Shown here in pieces: positions 20,624 through 31,170 of a stretch of DNA of 64,000 nt. The DNA lies in assembly GCA_029780855.1 (NCBI GenBank), contig JAKOXV010000003.1, positions 20,953-84,952 on the forward strand. The letters run 5' to 3'. Source of the DNA: a bacterium (lineage in GTDB: Bacteria; Patescibacteriota; Saccharimonadia; Saccharimonadales; JAUPVS01). Both the position numbers and the translations under genes were made by a program. Position 1 is the first letter of the stretch; each line of letters opens with the position of its first letter. A model generated the notes under the pieces. It did no database searches. It was given only the letters and a program-made list of their open reading frames with translations, and was not told the DNA's origin.

Positions 20624-21317
20624 ATAACGTCTCCTCTAATGCTTCCCCTGCTTTACGAACTAAGGTCATTACGTCTCTATACTGCTGACGGGTTGGTCCG
20701 AGCACCCCGATGTAACTGTGGTCACTGAAAGGACTGCGGAAGCGGCTAATAATGAGGCTGGCACCAGCACTGCGGCCTATCGGATTTTCGTGACCAATAT
20801 ATACGCTGAGCGGTTCATTGGGTGCTGCTTCTCTGAGCCACGGCTCTAGATTATCTAGTAACCGAGCTATTTGCTGTACCTGTGCGCCGTCCATAAACTC
20901 CGGCTGCCCAAAAAGGTTTGATAATCCGCTCATATACAACTGATTACCGATTGTGGCGAGTCCGAGGTTATGGGTCAGTTCAACGAGCGTATCAACGGCG
21001 TTCCGAATAGTCCGTTCGGGCACTCCACCCCCCTCAACTCTAGCGGCAATCGCCCGCTCACCTCGGTGACCAGGTTCTGTTTCTGCCTCGACTATGCGAT
21101 TGACATAGTACCTATAGCCTCTATCGGTCGGTACGCGGCCCGCACTTGTATGCGGTTGGTTGATAAACCCGGCTTTTTCAAGTTCAGCCATTTCTGCTCG
21201 GATAGTTGCAGAAGAGACGTTAAAAACCTTTGCCAGTAAACTACTACCCACAGGGCTAGCAACTTCTGCGTATTGCTCGATAATTGACGCTAAAATTTTT
21301 TCTTGTCTGTCCGTCAT
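20616..21317 (-). CDS. hrcA: Heat-inducible transcription repressor HrcA (short form)
   Basis: MTDRQEKIL, SSATIRAEMAELE, PHTSAGRVPT, GVLGPTR; 233 aa. Confidence 0.95.
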   Translation of the reverse strand: MTDRQEKILASIIEQYAEVASPVGSSLLAKVFNVSSATIRAEMAELEKAGFINQPHTSAGRVPTDRGYRYYVNRIVEAETEPGHRGERAIAARVEGGGVPERTIRNAVDTLVELTHNLGLATIGNQLYMSGLSNLFGQPEFMDGAQVQQIARLLDNLEPWLREAAPNEPLSVYIGHENPIGRSAGASLIISRFRSPFSDHSYIGVLGPTRQQYRDVMTLVRKAGEALEETLYA

Positions 21318-21318
21318 A

Positions 21319-21345
21319 TTTGCACTCGTTATGGCTTAGTGCCAA
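21319..21345. promoter_or_regulatory. Degenerate second CIRCE element
   Basis: TTTGCACTC-N9-TAGTGCCAA immediately upstream of the hrcA start. Confidence 0.7.
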
Positions 21346-21364
21346 TACAACTAATGATAAGAAA

Positions 21365-21391
21365 CTAGCACTCACCTGTCAAGAGTGCTAA
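21365..21391. promoter_or_regulatory. CIRCE element overlapping the hrcA -35 box
   Basis: CTAGCACTC-N9-GAGTGCTAA; on the minus strand TTGACA lies in the spacer and TATCAT follows 17 nt later. Confidence 0.93.
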
Positions 21392-21425
21392 TACCAAAAT
21401 CTTTCCCTTGTACAATTACCGCCAA

Positions 21426-22634
21426 TTAGGATTTGTCGGACCGCTCTGAGGTGGTGCTTTGTGGCTGGATTACCGTAGCTGGCTTAGGTATGTCAGTGTG
21501 GATTTTATTGAGTGCACCCTCTATTTCCTGGTTTTTAGCAGCTTCTGTATCAATTGAAGTTGCGCCGTTCCCAGCTAATAATGGACCCCCTCCATCTGCA
21601 ACTGTACCGTGTGAATAGGCGTTTTTGTGTGATCCTCGATATTTTGTAAATATGATTGCTACAAGCACTGCAACAACCAGACCAATACCCAAGTACACAA
21701 GTATCCAATTCATTGGTTTTACCGCAAAGGTGAAGGCTTGTACCTCGGCCGCAGATTTACTGCCGTCAACCGTAAAATCACCCTTTACCGAACCTTTTGC
21801 ACTAGAGATTTTCACCGTATGCTTTCCAGAGCTGACACCTGAAAAACTTGCCACTCCGGTTGCATCAGACTTTGTGGTTTTCTTGTCAACAGTTACCGTA
21901 GCGCCAGAAACTGATTTGCCCTGCTGATCTTTAACCTTTATAGCTACTAGATAGCCACTAGAATTGACTGAAGCAGAATTCACCGCTATAGGTGTGTCAG
22001 GGTTAACTGCTTGTACCGAAGCGCTAGGAGAGGTGCCTGTGCTGGTAGGCGTAGCACTGGCTGTCGTACTTGTCTTAGGAGTACCAGTTGAGGTCGGAGC
22101 TGTACTGCCCGAAGAGGTCTGAGTGGTGCTTGGGGGAGTAGTAAACGTATATGTCCCCCCTGTGATATTTCCGTCCCATACGTTCTGTCCATCACTTGGA
22201 CGAACGATTGCAGAATCTGTTGCGAAACTTACGGCTGACGAACCAGATCCGACTAGCACCTTGAATGTCACTTTGGCAACCGTTTGTGAACCAGTCAAGG
22301 TCTTGCCCCCAGAAACACCCCGAGCTATCTTTACGGTGCCTCCACCGCCAGACGATGGCAAAGTAAAGTCAAAGCTACTGGAAGAAGCGTCAATATTTAC
22401 GTACTCCAGCTTAGTATTGTCATATGTCAAGTTCGCTTGGACAGCATTTATTTGATCGGGACTGTTTTCCGTAACGGTAACCGTAAAAGTCGTACCCAAG
22501 TCGTGACTGCTACTAGATGATTGGAGTGATAATGTTGCGGACCCAGCTGCGTGTACGATCGCTAACACACTTCCAATACCGATAATGGTAAGTATCGATA
22601 GAAGAGCAATTCCTTTGTGTCTAAAATTCTTCAT
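21426..22634 (-). CDS. Membrane-anchored surface protein with N-terminal cohesin-like domain
   Basis: Signal peptide; 'GTTFTVTV...INAVQANLTYDNTKLEYV...VAKVTFKV'; S/T/P linker; beta-sandwich domain; TM helix and cytoplasmic tail. Confidence 0.8.
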   Translation of the reverse strand: MKNFRHKGIALLSILTIIGIGSVLAIVHAAGSATLSLQSSSSSHDLGTTFTVTVTENSPDQINAVQANLTYDNTKLEYVNIDASSSSFDFTLPSSGGGGTVKIARGVSGGKTLTGSQTVAKVTFKVLVGSGSSAVSFATDSAIVRPSDGQNVWDGNITGGTYTFTTPPSTTQTSSGSTAPTSTGTPKTSTTASATPTSTGTSPSASVQAVNPDTPIAVNSASVNSSGYLVAIKVKDQQGKSVSGATVTVDKKTTKSDATGVASFSGVSSGKHTVKISSAKGSVKGDFTVDGSKSAAEVQAFTFAVKPMNWILVYLGIGLVVAVLVAIIFTKYRGSHKNAYSHGTVADGGGPLLAGNGATSIDTEAAKNQEIEGALNKIHTDIPKPATVIQPQSTTSERSDKS

Positions 22635-24509
22635 TTAGGGATTCCAGTTAAGTAGTAATATTGCTGCATCATAAATATTTACGACGCCATCTTCGTTGAG
22701 ATCACCCACTTGCTTCAATTTACCGGACTTGTCCAAGTTTTTGCCATAGTTGTAAAGCAAAATGCTTGCATCAGATATATCCACCACGCCATCGCCGTTC
22801 ACGTCTCCATCAACCGTTCCGCCAGTAGAATTAGATACGGTGACCGACACAGGAGCTGATGTATAGGTGTTTCCAGCAGCATCGTACGCTTTTGTACTGA
22901 GAGTGTGTGAACCATTCGTAACACTATTAGTGTCCCAGGTATAACTATATGATGGAGCTGTGTCCGTAGCACCTAATATGCCATCAATATAGAGTTCTAC
23001 CTTCGTTACACCTACGTTGTCAGTGGCGGTGGCACCGATGTTTATCGTACCGCTTACCATTGCTGCTTGTATAGGTTCAGTGATTGACGTATTTGGTGCA
23101 GCATTATCAACAGTCACCGTGATAGAAGACGTTCCAACGTTCCCAACGGCATCATACGCCTTAGTTTGCAGGGAATGAGAAGCATTTGTAGCTGTTGTCG
23201 TATCCCAGCTATAGCTGTAAGGGTTTGATGTATCGGTACTCTTGAGACTGCCGTCTACGTAGAACTCAACCTTGGTCACACCGACATTATCAGTAGCAGT
23301 TGCAGTGAACGACTGTGTTCCTCTTATCGGCGTTACCGCCGAAGGAGCAGTGATTGAGATCACCGGTGATTGGGGATCGACAGCTCCAGGTGTAACAGAC
23401 AGGTTAAGCGAGTTGTTGGATTCATTAGATTCAGCTACTTGGTTGAGGACATCTACGGCAGCAGCAACGGCGTGAGTTCCGCTAGTAGCTGTCCATGTAG
23501 AACTACCCGAAGGACCATCTGTAGCAGAGAGTGTCTTGGTAGCCCCGGCTGCCAATGAACCAAAATTTCCCGTCCAGGCCACCTGCGTACCATCTACACT
23601 AAACGATACATTATACGATGCGCCACTCGTTGTTGTAGCTGTTCCCTGGTTCTTTATTGTCGCGCTAAATGAAACTAGGTCGCCAACTTTTGGTGAAGTA
23701 GGAGAAATAGTTATGCTCGTTACTACTAGATCAGGTTTTCCGTTGGTGACCGATACGGAAACAGTATTAGAAGTGCCGACATTCCCCGCTGGATCGATTG
23801 CTTTAGCAACTATAGTGTGTGTACCGTTTGATACGGTCGCACTATCCCAGGTATATGTATATGGAGCCGTGGTTTTTGTTGCCAGCGGTGTAGCACTACC
23901 ATCTATATAGTAAGAAACAGAGCTTACCGTGCCACTGTCATCACTTGCTGAAGCTTGCAGGTCTACAGACCCCGTAACACTCGCACCTCCACCTGGTGCA
24001 GTTATAGATACAATCGGAGCGGTGGTATCTGCCGGACTGGCGCAGTTATCGCCCGTTCCGGTTGGTACACAAGTCGTATCACTCGTAAACACAACTCTGT
24101 CTAATTTTACCGCCTCTTCTCGACCAATCATCTTTATCGTATGATTGCCTGCACTGAGTGAAGCGGTTATTTTTGAAGCAGTGTTGCCACTTTGATAATC
24201 AACCCAAACCCACTGGCCAGTAGCCATAGAGTCTGAATCTCCAACGGTATAACAACTCGACCCATCAATTTCGAGCAGATAGGAGTTATCCGTAGAAGCG
24301 GAGCCAGATGCGATCCTGCTCCAGATCCGGTACGTACCAGTTGAGGGAATACTTACGGTTGACGTTACGCTCCCCCTGTCTGTTGCGGGTGCGGCGCAGG
24401 CTGCCGAAGCCGAACTAGATGTGAGTAACGTTACAGATAACAGACTAAAGAAAATACTACATACAATTAATAATCGCTTGATTATCTTTGAGTCGTTATT
24501 AATTTTCAT
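22635..24509 (-). CDS. Secreted protein with bacterial Ig-like repeats, CARDB domain and C-terminal dockerin-like domain
   Basis: Three 'DN.GVTKVE.Y.DG...Y.Y.WDT....NG.H.L..KA.DA.GN' Ig-like repeats; 'KPDLVV...IKNQG...ESNESNN'; twin GDVNGDGVVDISD / GDLNEDGVVNIYD loops. Confidence 0.85.
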   Translation of the reverse strand: MKINNDSKIIKRLLIVCSIFFSLLSVTLLTSSSASAACAAPATDRGSVTSTVSIPSTGTYRIWSRIASGSASTDNSYLLEIDGSSCYTVGDSDSMATGQWVWVDYQSGNTASKITASLSAGNHTIKMIGREEAVKLDRVVFTSDTTCVPTGTGDNCASPADTTAPIVSITAPGGGASVTGSVDLQASASDDSGTVSSVSYYIDGSATPLATKTTAPYTYTWDSATVSNGTHTIVAKAIDPAGNVGTSNTVSVSVTNGKPDLVVTSITISPTSPKVGDLVSFSATIKNQGTATTTSGASYNVSFSVDGTQVAWTGNFGSLAAGATKTLSATDGPSGSSTWTATSGTHAVAAAVDVLNQVAESNESNNSLNLSVTPGAVDPQSPVISITAPSAVTPIRGTQSFTATATDNVGVTKVEFYVDGSLKSTDTSNPYSYSWDTTTATNASHSLQTKAYDAVGNVGTSSITVTVDNAAPNTSITEPIQAAMVSGTINIGATATDNVGVTKVELYIDGILGATDTAPSYSYTWDTNSVTNGSHTLSTKAYDAAGNTYTSAPVSVTVSNSTGGTVDGDVNGDGVVDISDASILLYNYGKNLDKSGKLKQVGDLNEDGVVNIYDAAILLLNWNP

Positions 24510-24568
24510 AATCCGCGCTACAGATATGTAGTCCCCTATTTTTGTATGTTCTCTATTAAAGATAAGCA

Positions 24569-25309
24569 CTATGCCCGTATTGTGTCAAGAAAAGCAGTAG
24601 TTTCAATGTATAGCTGTTCAGCCAGATTCCGGGCTTGTACTTGTGCCTGGGCATCAATCTGACCCAAATAAGCGACTGTGTGCACCTGTTCCATGGCTTT
24701 CTCGATGGTATCATTTACCACAAAAATGAATGATTTGTTTTGCAAACCAACCTCAATGATTCGCCGTGCAGTTTCGAGTCGTCGGCGATGTTCTTCGGCA
24801 TTCATTTTTCCGCGATGCTTAATCCGGCGTTGCCATTCATCAAACTCAGGGGGAAGCAGTAAGATCACTGTGGCATCGGGCTTAGCTTTGAGAATATTGA
24901 GCGCACCGCCAAGATCCATGTCTGTTATGGCGATCCTGTTTTCATCCCGAGCTTTCTCTAACTCCCGCATGCTGATGCCCGAAACCTGTTGGCCGTGAAT
25001 CACTTCAGCTTCTAGGTACTTACCCTTCTTTATATCGTGTAACACCTCTGTCTCTGAACGAAACCAGTAGTTTACGCCATCCTTTTCTTTTACCCCGTCA
25101 TTTACACGAGGTTTACGTGTCGTGTCAGAAACAATAAAGTGGTACTGTCCGGTTTTGAGTAGTTCTCGAATAACCGTATTTCGTCCAGAGGAGGTCGGCG
25201 CCAATAGGGCTACAAAATTAGTTTGAGCCAAGATCCGCTTACTGTCGTCAGCAATCTGATAGTTAGCAAGTAAGTCTTTGAATTCCTTCAGCTGCCTGAG
25301 CTCGTTCAT
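24569..25309 (-). CDS. gmk: Guanylate kinase-like protein
   Basis: 'VSDTTRKPR..E.DGVNYWF' GK signature; atypical P-loop APTSSGRNT. Confidence 0.75.
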   Translation of the reverse strand: MNELRQLKEFKDLLANYQIADDSKRILAQTNFVALLAPTSSGRNTVIRELLKTGQYHFIVSDTTRKPRVNDGVKEKDGVNYWFRSETEVLHDIKKGKYLEAEVIHGQQVSGISMRELEKARDENRIAITDMDLGGALNILKAKPDATVILLLPPEFDEWQRRIKHRGKMNAEEHRRRLETARRIIEVGLQNKSFIFVVNDTIEKAMEQVHTVAYLGQIDAQAQVQARNLAEQLYIETTAFLDTIRA

Positions 25310-25345
25310 GGTATAACTATACACGAACCCTAAGGAGGATAAAAC

Positions 25346-25804
25346 ATGCGACCAGCACCACCATTTTCCCTACCAGACCAGGATGGAACACTAACAAAAC
25401 TCGAAGATTTTGCAGGGCAATGGATTGTCCTATATTTTTATCCTAAAGATGATACTCCAGGCTGCACCACCGAAGCCTGCAGTTTCAGAGACGAGTACGA
25501 ATTTATCAAAGAGCATGGCGCCGTAGTACTCGGCATAAGTAAAGATTCGGTGAAAAGTCACCAGAAGTTTGCCCAGAAGTATCATCTCAATTTTCCGCTC
25601 CTTAGCGATGAACATATCGAGGCGATTAAAACTTATGGCGTTTGGGGAGAACGCAGCATGTACGGCAAAACATTCATGGGCGTAATCCGCTCTACCTTCA
25701 TCATTGACCCGCAAGGGCAGATCGTTAAAGAGTACCCCAAAGTAACGCCAAAGGACCATGCTGTACAGATAGTGAAAGACCTCCGCGAACTCCAGAGTTC
25801 GTGA
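25346..25804 (+). CDS. bcp: Peroxiredoxin Bcp/PrxQ
   Basis: YFYPKDDTPGCTTEAC; AGGAGG RBS. Confidence 0.95.
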   Translation: MRPAPPFSLPDQDGTLTKLEDFAGQWIVLYFYPKDDTPGCTTEACSFRDEYEFIKEHGAVVLGISKDSVKSHQKFAQKYHLNFPLLSDEHIEAIKTYGVWGERSMYGKTFMGVIRSTFIIDPQGQIVKEYPKVTPKDHAVQIVKDLRELQSS

Positions 25805-25805
25805 A

Positions 25806-27587
25806 CTAATCTCGCTTAAGTAGTACCGTAAACGCTTCTGAAGGGATATCTACTTTACCAAAACGTTTCATGCGCTTTTTACCTTTTGCTTGTTTTGCGA
25901 GCACCTTTTTCTTGCGCGAAACATCTCCGCCGTACAGTCCCGTTGTAACGTCTTTACGGTACGCGCTGATATCCTCACGGGCGATAAATTTCCCACCTAT
26001 ACCCGCTTGTAACGCAACCTGAAAGTTTTGACGAGGTATTACTTGCTTTAATTTACCGACGATTTCCCGCCCTAAGCCTTGGGCTTCACTCCGATGCACC
26101 ATTATGCTGAGCGCATCAACGCGTTCGTTGGCCACATAAAAGTCAAGGCGGACCAGATCTTCGGCCCGGTAATCCGCTAGATCGTAATTAAATGACCCGT
26201 AGCCGCTCGTTATGCTTTTTAGTTGATCGTAAAAATCAGTTAAAAGGTTGGCAAGCGGAGCCTCAAAAGTAACTATCGCAAGTTGTGCATCAACGTATGA
26301 TAGATTTTTTTGAAGGCCACGCTTGGAAGAAATCAACTGAATAACGCCACCTACATATTCCTTGGGCACCACTACTTCGCCCTTGATCCATGGCTCACGA
26401 ATCTCAGCTATCTTGGCTGGATCCGGTAAATCAGCCGCGCTCTTGATTGACACTTCTTCACCGCTTTGCAGGGTTATTTGATAATCGGTCGAAGGGTTAG
26501 TAACAACTAGCGTAAGATTATATTCTCGCTCCAAGCGCTCTTTTACGATATCCATGTGTAGCAAGCCTAAGAATCCCACCCGTACCCCAAAACCGAGCAC
26601 CGGAGAATTCTCGGGCTCAAACTGTAGTGCGGAATCGCTTAATGAAAGTTTTTCAATAGCGTCTTTTAGCTCTTGATAGTACTCGTTACTCTCTGGAAAA
26701 AATCCGGCATACACAAAAGGCTTAACATCCTTATATCCCGGCAGCGCTGCCGTTGCAGAACTCTTGGTAAGTGTCACCGTATCGCCCACCTTCGCCTCTC
26801 TGGTGCTCTTCAGGTTGGTAACGATATATCCGATTTCACCACTTGCGAGATTTTTGTCCGCCTGCATATCAGGCTTTAGGGCGCCAACCTCCAGTGCCAA
26901 TCCCTCAGCACCAGTTGCCATCATGGTGATCGCATCGTTTTTAGCGATTGCTCCATCGACAATCCGAACGTACAAGATCACGCCCCGGTAATCATCGTAG
27001 TAGCTATCAAATATTAAGGCTCTGGTTGGCTTGGCATGATCTCCTTTAGGGGGCGGAACGGCCGCAATAACCCGTTCTAGCACCGCTTCGACACCCTGAC
27101 CAGTCTTTGCCGAAATATGCAGTATTTCGTCCTTATCACAACCAAGCAGCGAAATAATTTCAGCACTTACTCTATCAACATCGGCTGCCGGAAGATCAAT
27201 CTTATTTAGTACCGGTATAATCGTCAGGTCAGCATCCATGGCCAGGTATACATTAGCAAGCGTCTGAGCCTGAATTCCCTGGGTAGCATCAACAACTAAG
27301 ATTGCACCTTCACAGGCTTCCAAACTTCTCGATACTTCATAGCTAAAATCAACGTGTCCGGGCGTATCAATGAGGTTCAGTTCGTAAGCATCATGACGCA
27401 TACGGACCGGAGCAAGCTTGATGGTAATTCCTTTTTCCCGCTCCAAATCCATCTTATCCAGCAGCTGCGCTTTCATATTGCGCTTCTCAACCGTTCCAGT
27501 CATCTCTAGCAAACGATCTGCAAGCGTAGACTTGCCGTGATCAATATGCGCAATAATACAGAAGTTTCGTATATGGTCTTGATTCAT
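25806..27587 (-). CDS. lepA: Elongation factor 4
   Basis: IRNFCIIAHIDHGKSTLADR, GFLGLLH, YGGDVSRKKK. Confidence 0.99.
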   Translation of the reverse strand: MNQDHIRNFCIIAHIDHGKSTLADRLLEMTGTVEKRNMKAQLLDKMDLEREKGITIKLAPVRMRHDAYELNLIDTPGHVDFSYEVSRSLEACEGAILVVDATQGIQAQTLANVYLAMDADLTIIPVLNKIDLPAADVDRVSAEIISLLGCDKDEILHISAKTGQGVEAVLERVIAAVPPPKGDHAKPTRALIFDSYYDDYRGVILYVRIVDGAIAKNDAITMMATGAEGLALEVGALKPDMQADKNLASGEIGYIVTNLKSTREAKVGDTVTLTKSSATAALPGYKDVKPFVYAGFFPESNEYYQELKDAIEKLSLSDSALQFEPENSPVLGFGVRVGFLGLLHMDIVKERLEREYNLTLVVTNPSTDYQITLQSGEEVSIKSAADLPDPAKIAEIREPWIKGEVVVPKEYVGGVIQLISSKRGLQKNLSYVDAQLAIVTFEAPLANLLTDFYDQLKSITSGYGSFNYDLADYRAEDLVRLDFYVANERVDALSIMVHRSEAQGLGREIVGKLKQVIPRQNFQVALQAGIGGKFIAREDISAYRKDVTTGLYGGDVSRKKKVLAKQAKGKKRMKRFGKVDIPSEAFTVLLKRD

Positions 27588-27623
27588 TATCCTGCCAAGT
27601 ATAACAGGGGTGGTGAAATATTA

Positions 27624-29213
27624 CTACTGGATACGGACCGTGCCAAGCACAATCCTACGAACCTTGGAGACCACTGGTTTAACTTCAGCAAGCCCAAATA
27701 ACCACGATACCCCTACATGAACACCGAACGTGACCAAGATTATGGTTGAGAGTTTTACGCCGAGTGTCACAAAACCGCGGTCACTGATATTAAGCGGCAG
27801 AATCGAAATCATCAGGAAAGCGGCAATCACACTAAAACCAGTTACCGAAGTAATCTTGAGTACCGAATTCCAGAACGATGCATTAAACAACTTGTGATCA
27901 CGGAAGCCCATTATCGACATCAAAATTACCACCTCGCTCGCTGCCACAATTGACTGGGCCATGGCCAGACCAGCGATTCCGTAGTTTTCAGGCCGAGAAA
28001 GGTGTATGGACAGCACGATATTAAGTGTAATGGCAAAGATCGACACAAACAGGGGAGTTTTGGTGTCTTTCTGGGAGTAAAACCAGCGGGAAATTATCGC
28101 GTAGAGTGTCCGGAAAAAGATTGCACCAGCCAGGAAACCAAATACCAAGGCTATTTGTGGTGCACTCTGGCTAAAGATAAGGCGGGCAAAGTAACCACGG
28201 GCAAAGTAACTGACCACCGCAGTCGGCATAATGATCCAGAGCATTACCAAAAATATTTGCAAGAAGTCTTTTCGAAACAGATCGGGTCTATGCTGCGCCA
28301 AACGATCGTTGAGCCGCGGAAATGCAGCCGTAGCAATGGTCGTGCCAATTAGTAGAACTGGTGTGGTATGCAAAATATAGGCGTTTTCGTAGTAGGTGAC
28401 ATTCCCAAGCCCGATGCGGGTAGCCAGGTTGGTTTCCACAATACTGTTTATGGAGTCAATTCCCTGGTCAATCGAACGCGGAGGTAGCTGGCGCAAAATG
28501 AGCCTAAAATCAGCACTCCGCCACATAACCTTAGGTTCCCAATGAAAATCGGTACCGTAGTTACCAAGCAGAACAATCAGCAGCTGTAATAGCGCACCCA
28601 AAAATGCACCCAATCCCAAACCGACAAGGCCAAGGTTGTCCTTGAATATAAAGATACTCGCGATGATAGCTAGGTTGTATCCGAGCGGCGCCACAGCGTA
28701 AAAGAAAAACCGTCCGTAGGTTTGCTGAACGCTCGTTAGAATGCCAGATATGGCGAAAAGCAGCGGGTTAAAAGAAATAAATTGCATAATCTTTACGGCA
28801 TTAGCAAGCTGCTCTGGCGGAAGGTCGGGAGCAACAATGGTATGGATGATTGGTTTGGCAAATACCAGCATGACAATACCCACGATAGCCATGACAATCG
28901 ACAGCAGGTTGAGCAGACTATTGGATAAATCCCAGATCCCTTTTTTATCGCCTCGCTCTAGGTGCTCCGCCAATATTGGCATGAATGCAACGCCGAGCGC
29001 CCCAGCTGCAAGCGTAAAAAAGAAAAAATCCGGTATTTTGAAAGCCGCAAAGTAGGCATCAGTACTCTGGGGGCCGATCGCCGGGAAGTTCGCGTTGATG
29101 AGTTTGTAACGCAAAAATCCAAGCACCTGACCAACAAGCGAAACAACAATCAGCAATGCGGCAGCATTACCGATGCTTAGGCGTGAGTTTGCGCGTTTTA
29201 GCAATCGGTTCAT
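27624..29213 (-). CDS. murJ: Lipid II flippase MurJ
   Basis: LGFLR, DAYFAAFKIPD, multi-TM MOP fold, DTKTP. Confidence 0.92.
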   Translation of the reverse strand: MNRLLKRANSRLSIGNAAALLIVVSLVGQVLGFLRYKLINANFPAIGPQSTDAYFAAFKIPDFFFFTLAAGALGVAFMPILAEHLERGDKKGIWDLSNSLLNLLSIVMAIVGIVMLVFAKPIIHTIVAPDLPPEQLANAVKIMQFISFNPLLFAISGILTSVQQTYGRFFFYAVAPLGYNLAIIASIFIFKDNLGLVGLGLGAFLGALLQLLIVLLGNYGTDFHWEPKVMWRSADFRLILRQLPPRSIDQGIDSINSIVETNLATRIGLGNVTYYENAYILHTTPVLLIGTTIATAAFPRLNDRLAQHRPDLFRKDFLQIFLVMLWIIMPTAVVSYFARGYFARLIFSQSAPQIALVFGFLAGAIFFRTLYAIISRWFYSQKDTKTPLFVSIFAITLNIVLSIHLSRPENYGIAGLAMAQSIVAASEVVILMSIMGFRDHKLFNASFWNSVLKITSVTGFSVIAAFLMISILPLNISDRGFVTLGVKLSTIILVTFGVHVGVSWLFGLAEVKPVVSKVRRIVLGTVRIQ

Positions 29214-29270
29214 TCGCCACTTATTATAAGAGGTATAGACCGATTATGGAACGCCGTTTTTGTAAAATGC

Positions 29271-31136
29271 TTAGTACAGAGCTGCTTCTTTAGGTAGCGA
29301 AGCACCTTTCAGTAGCATGATGACTTCTTCAGCCTCTACTGTTTCCTTTTCTAGCAATGCGTCCTTGAGTGCCTCAAGCTTGTTCTTGTTGGCCTTAATC
29401 ACCATGCGAGCCCGTCGAGCTGCCTCGCTGATAAGGCTCTCTACTTCGTCATCGATAATTTTGGCGGTTTCGTCAGAATACTGTCGTTCATGGACAATCT
29501 TTTCGATCATCATTCCTTCATCTACCTGGAATACTTGGTCGCGCAATTTTTTACCCATCCCCTGATTTACCACCATGTCACGGGCTAGTTCGGCAGCTTT
29601 TTGAAGGTCATTACCGGCACCGGTCGTAACGCGATCAGGACCATACATAACTTCTTCGGCAATACGGCCACCCAACATTCGGGCTAGCACGTCTTTGTAT
29701 TCGATCACGCTATGGTAGCTTTTATCTTCAGGTGGAATAAACCAAGTCACACCTCCGGTACCACCACGTGGAATAATAGTCACTTTGTGTACCATGTCGC
29801 TGTCTGGCAGTACGTGCCCCACTATAGCGTGTCCGGCTTCATGGTAGGCGGTGAGTTCTTTTTCTTTTTCACTCATCACCTTACTCTTTCGCTCCGGACC
29901 AATTGCTACCTTTTCAAATGCCGCTGTTACATCGGCCTGATTTATCTCTTTTCGATTATGCCGGGCAGCAACAATCGCCGCTTCATTGGCTATGTTTGCT
30001 AAATCAGCACCTGATGAACCGGCAGTTTTAGCGGCCAGGGCGTCTACGTCAACATTCTTTGCGAGTGGTTTCTTGGCAAAGTGAACTTTAAGTATCGCTT
30101 CACGGTCTTTACGGTCCGGTAAACCGATATTGACCCGTCGGTCAAAACGTCCAGGACGCAGCAAGGCAGGGTCTAGTACATCAGCACGGTTGGTTGCAGC
30201 TAATACGATGACGTTCTGGCCTTGCTCAAAACCATCCATCTCCACCAAGATCTGGTTAAGAGTTTGCTCTCGTTCATCATGGCCACCGCCCATTCCGGAG
30301 CCACGTCGGCGCCCTACGGCATCAATCTCGTCTACGAAGATGATACAAGGCGAATTCTTCTTTGCTTTTGCAAACAGGTCACGCACACGGCTCGCACCAA
30401 CACCAACAAACATCTCCACAAACTCAGAACCAGATATGCTAAAGAACGGTACGTTGGCCTCACCAGCAACTGCCCTCGCAAGCATGGTCTTACCAGTTCC
30501 CGGAGGACCAACCAGTAGAACACCTTTAGGGATTTTGGCGCCAACACCTTGAAACTTCTTTGGGAATTTCAGGAATTCAACCACTTCTTCAAGATCTTGC
30601 TTGGCTTCATCGCTTCCGGCAATGTCTTTGAACACCACCTTATCTTTTTCATTTCCGTACAAACGCGCTTTACTCTTACCAAAGCTCAGCGCTTGATTCC
30701 CCTGACCTTGGGCACTTCGGAGCATGAGGAACAAAACTAGGCTAATCAATATTACCGGACCAATCGTTGTTAGTAGTGTCAGCCATACTCCGCCAGCGTT
30801 TGAATCAGGTTGCGGATTTACCTCAAGTCCATCTACGTTTTGCTTGAGGCCTTGATCATAAATGGTAGAGCCAGCTTCTTTGTAAGATTTTTCGGTTGGC
30901 TGAGACTCGCCTTTAGGGGTAACCTCTAGCTCATTTCCCTTGATGGTTATTTTCTTAATCTCGCCGTTGTTTGCCTGTGATACAACTTGCGAAAGCGGCA
31001 CTTCTTTCAGGCTGCTAGACTGCCCGTACGCAGCGTAAATAAAAATTCCGATTACGACGATTAACGCAACAAACAGAACATTCTTGTATCCGCGCTTATT
31101 ATTACTTGGTTTCTTCTGGTAATTAATCTTTGCCAT
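29271..31136 (-). CDS. ftsH: ATP-dependent zinc metalloprotease FtsH
   Basis: Two TM helices, [21 protein letters not shown]. Confidence 0.99.
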   Translation of the reverse strand: MAKINYQKKPSNNKRGYKNVLFVALIVVIGIFIYAAYGQSSSLKEVPLSQVVSQANNGEIKKITIKGNELEVTPKGESQPTEKSYKEAGSTIYDQGLKQNVDGLEVNPQPDSNAGGVWLTLLTTIGPVILISLVLFLMLRSAQGQGNQALSFGKSKARLYGNEKDKVVFKDIAGSDEAKQDLEEVVEFLKFPKKFQGVGAKIPKGVLLVGPPGTGKTMLARAVAGEANVPFFSISGSEFVEMFVGVGASRVRDLFAKAKKNSPCIIFVDEIDAVGRRRGSGMGGGHDEREQTLNQILVEMDGFEQGQNVIVLAATNRADVLDPALLRPGRFDRRVNIGLPDRKDREAILKVHFAKKPLAKNVDVDALAAKTAGSSGADLANIANEAAIVAARHNRKEINQADVTAAFEKVAIGPERKSKVMSEKEKELTAYHEAGHAIVGHVLPDSDMVHKVTIIPRGGTGGVTWFIPPEDKSYHSVIEYKDVLARMLGGRIAEEVMYGPDRVTTGAGNDLQKAAELARDMVVNQGMGKKLRDQVFQVDEGMMIEKIVHERQYSDETAKIIDDEVESLISEAARRARMVIKANKNKLEALKDALLEKETVEAEEVIMLLKGASLPKEAALY

Positions 31137-31170
31137 ACGTTCCTATTATACAGAGTGCTCCGAGCGAATG

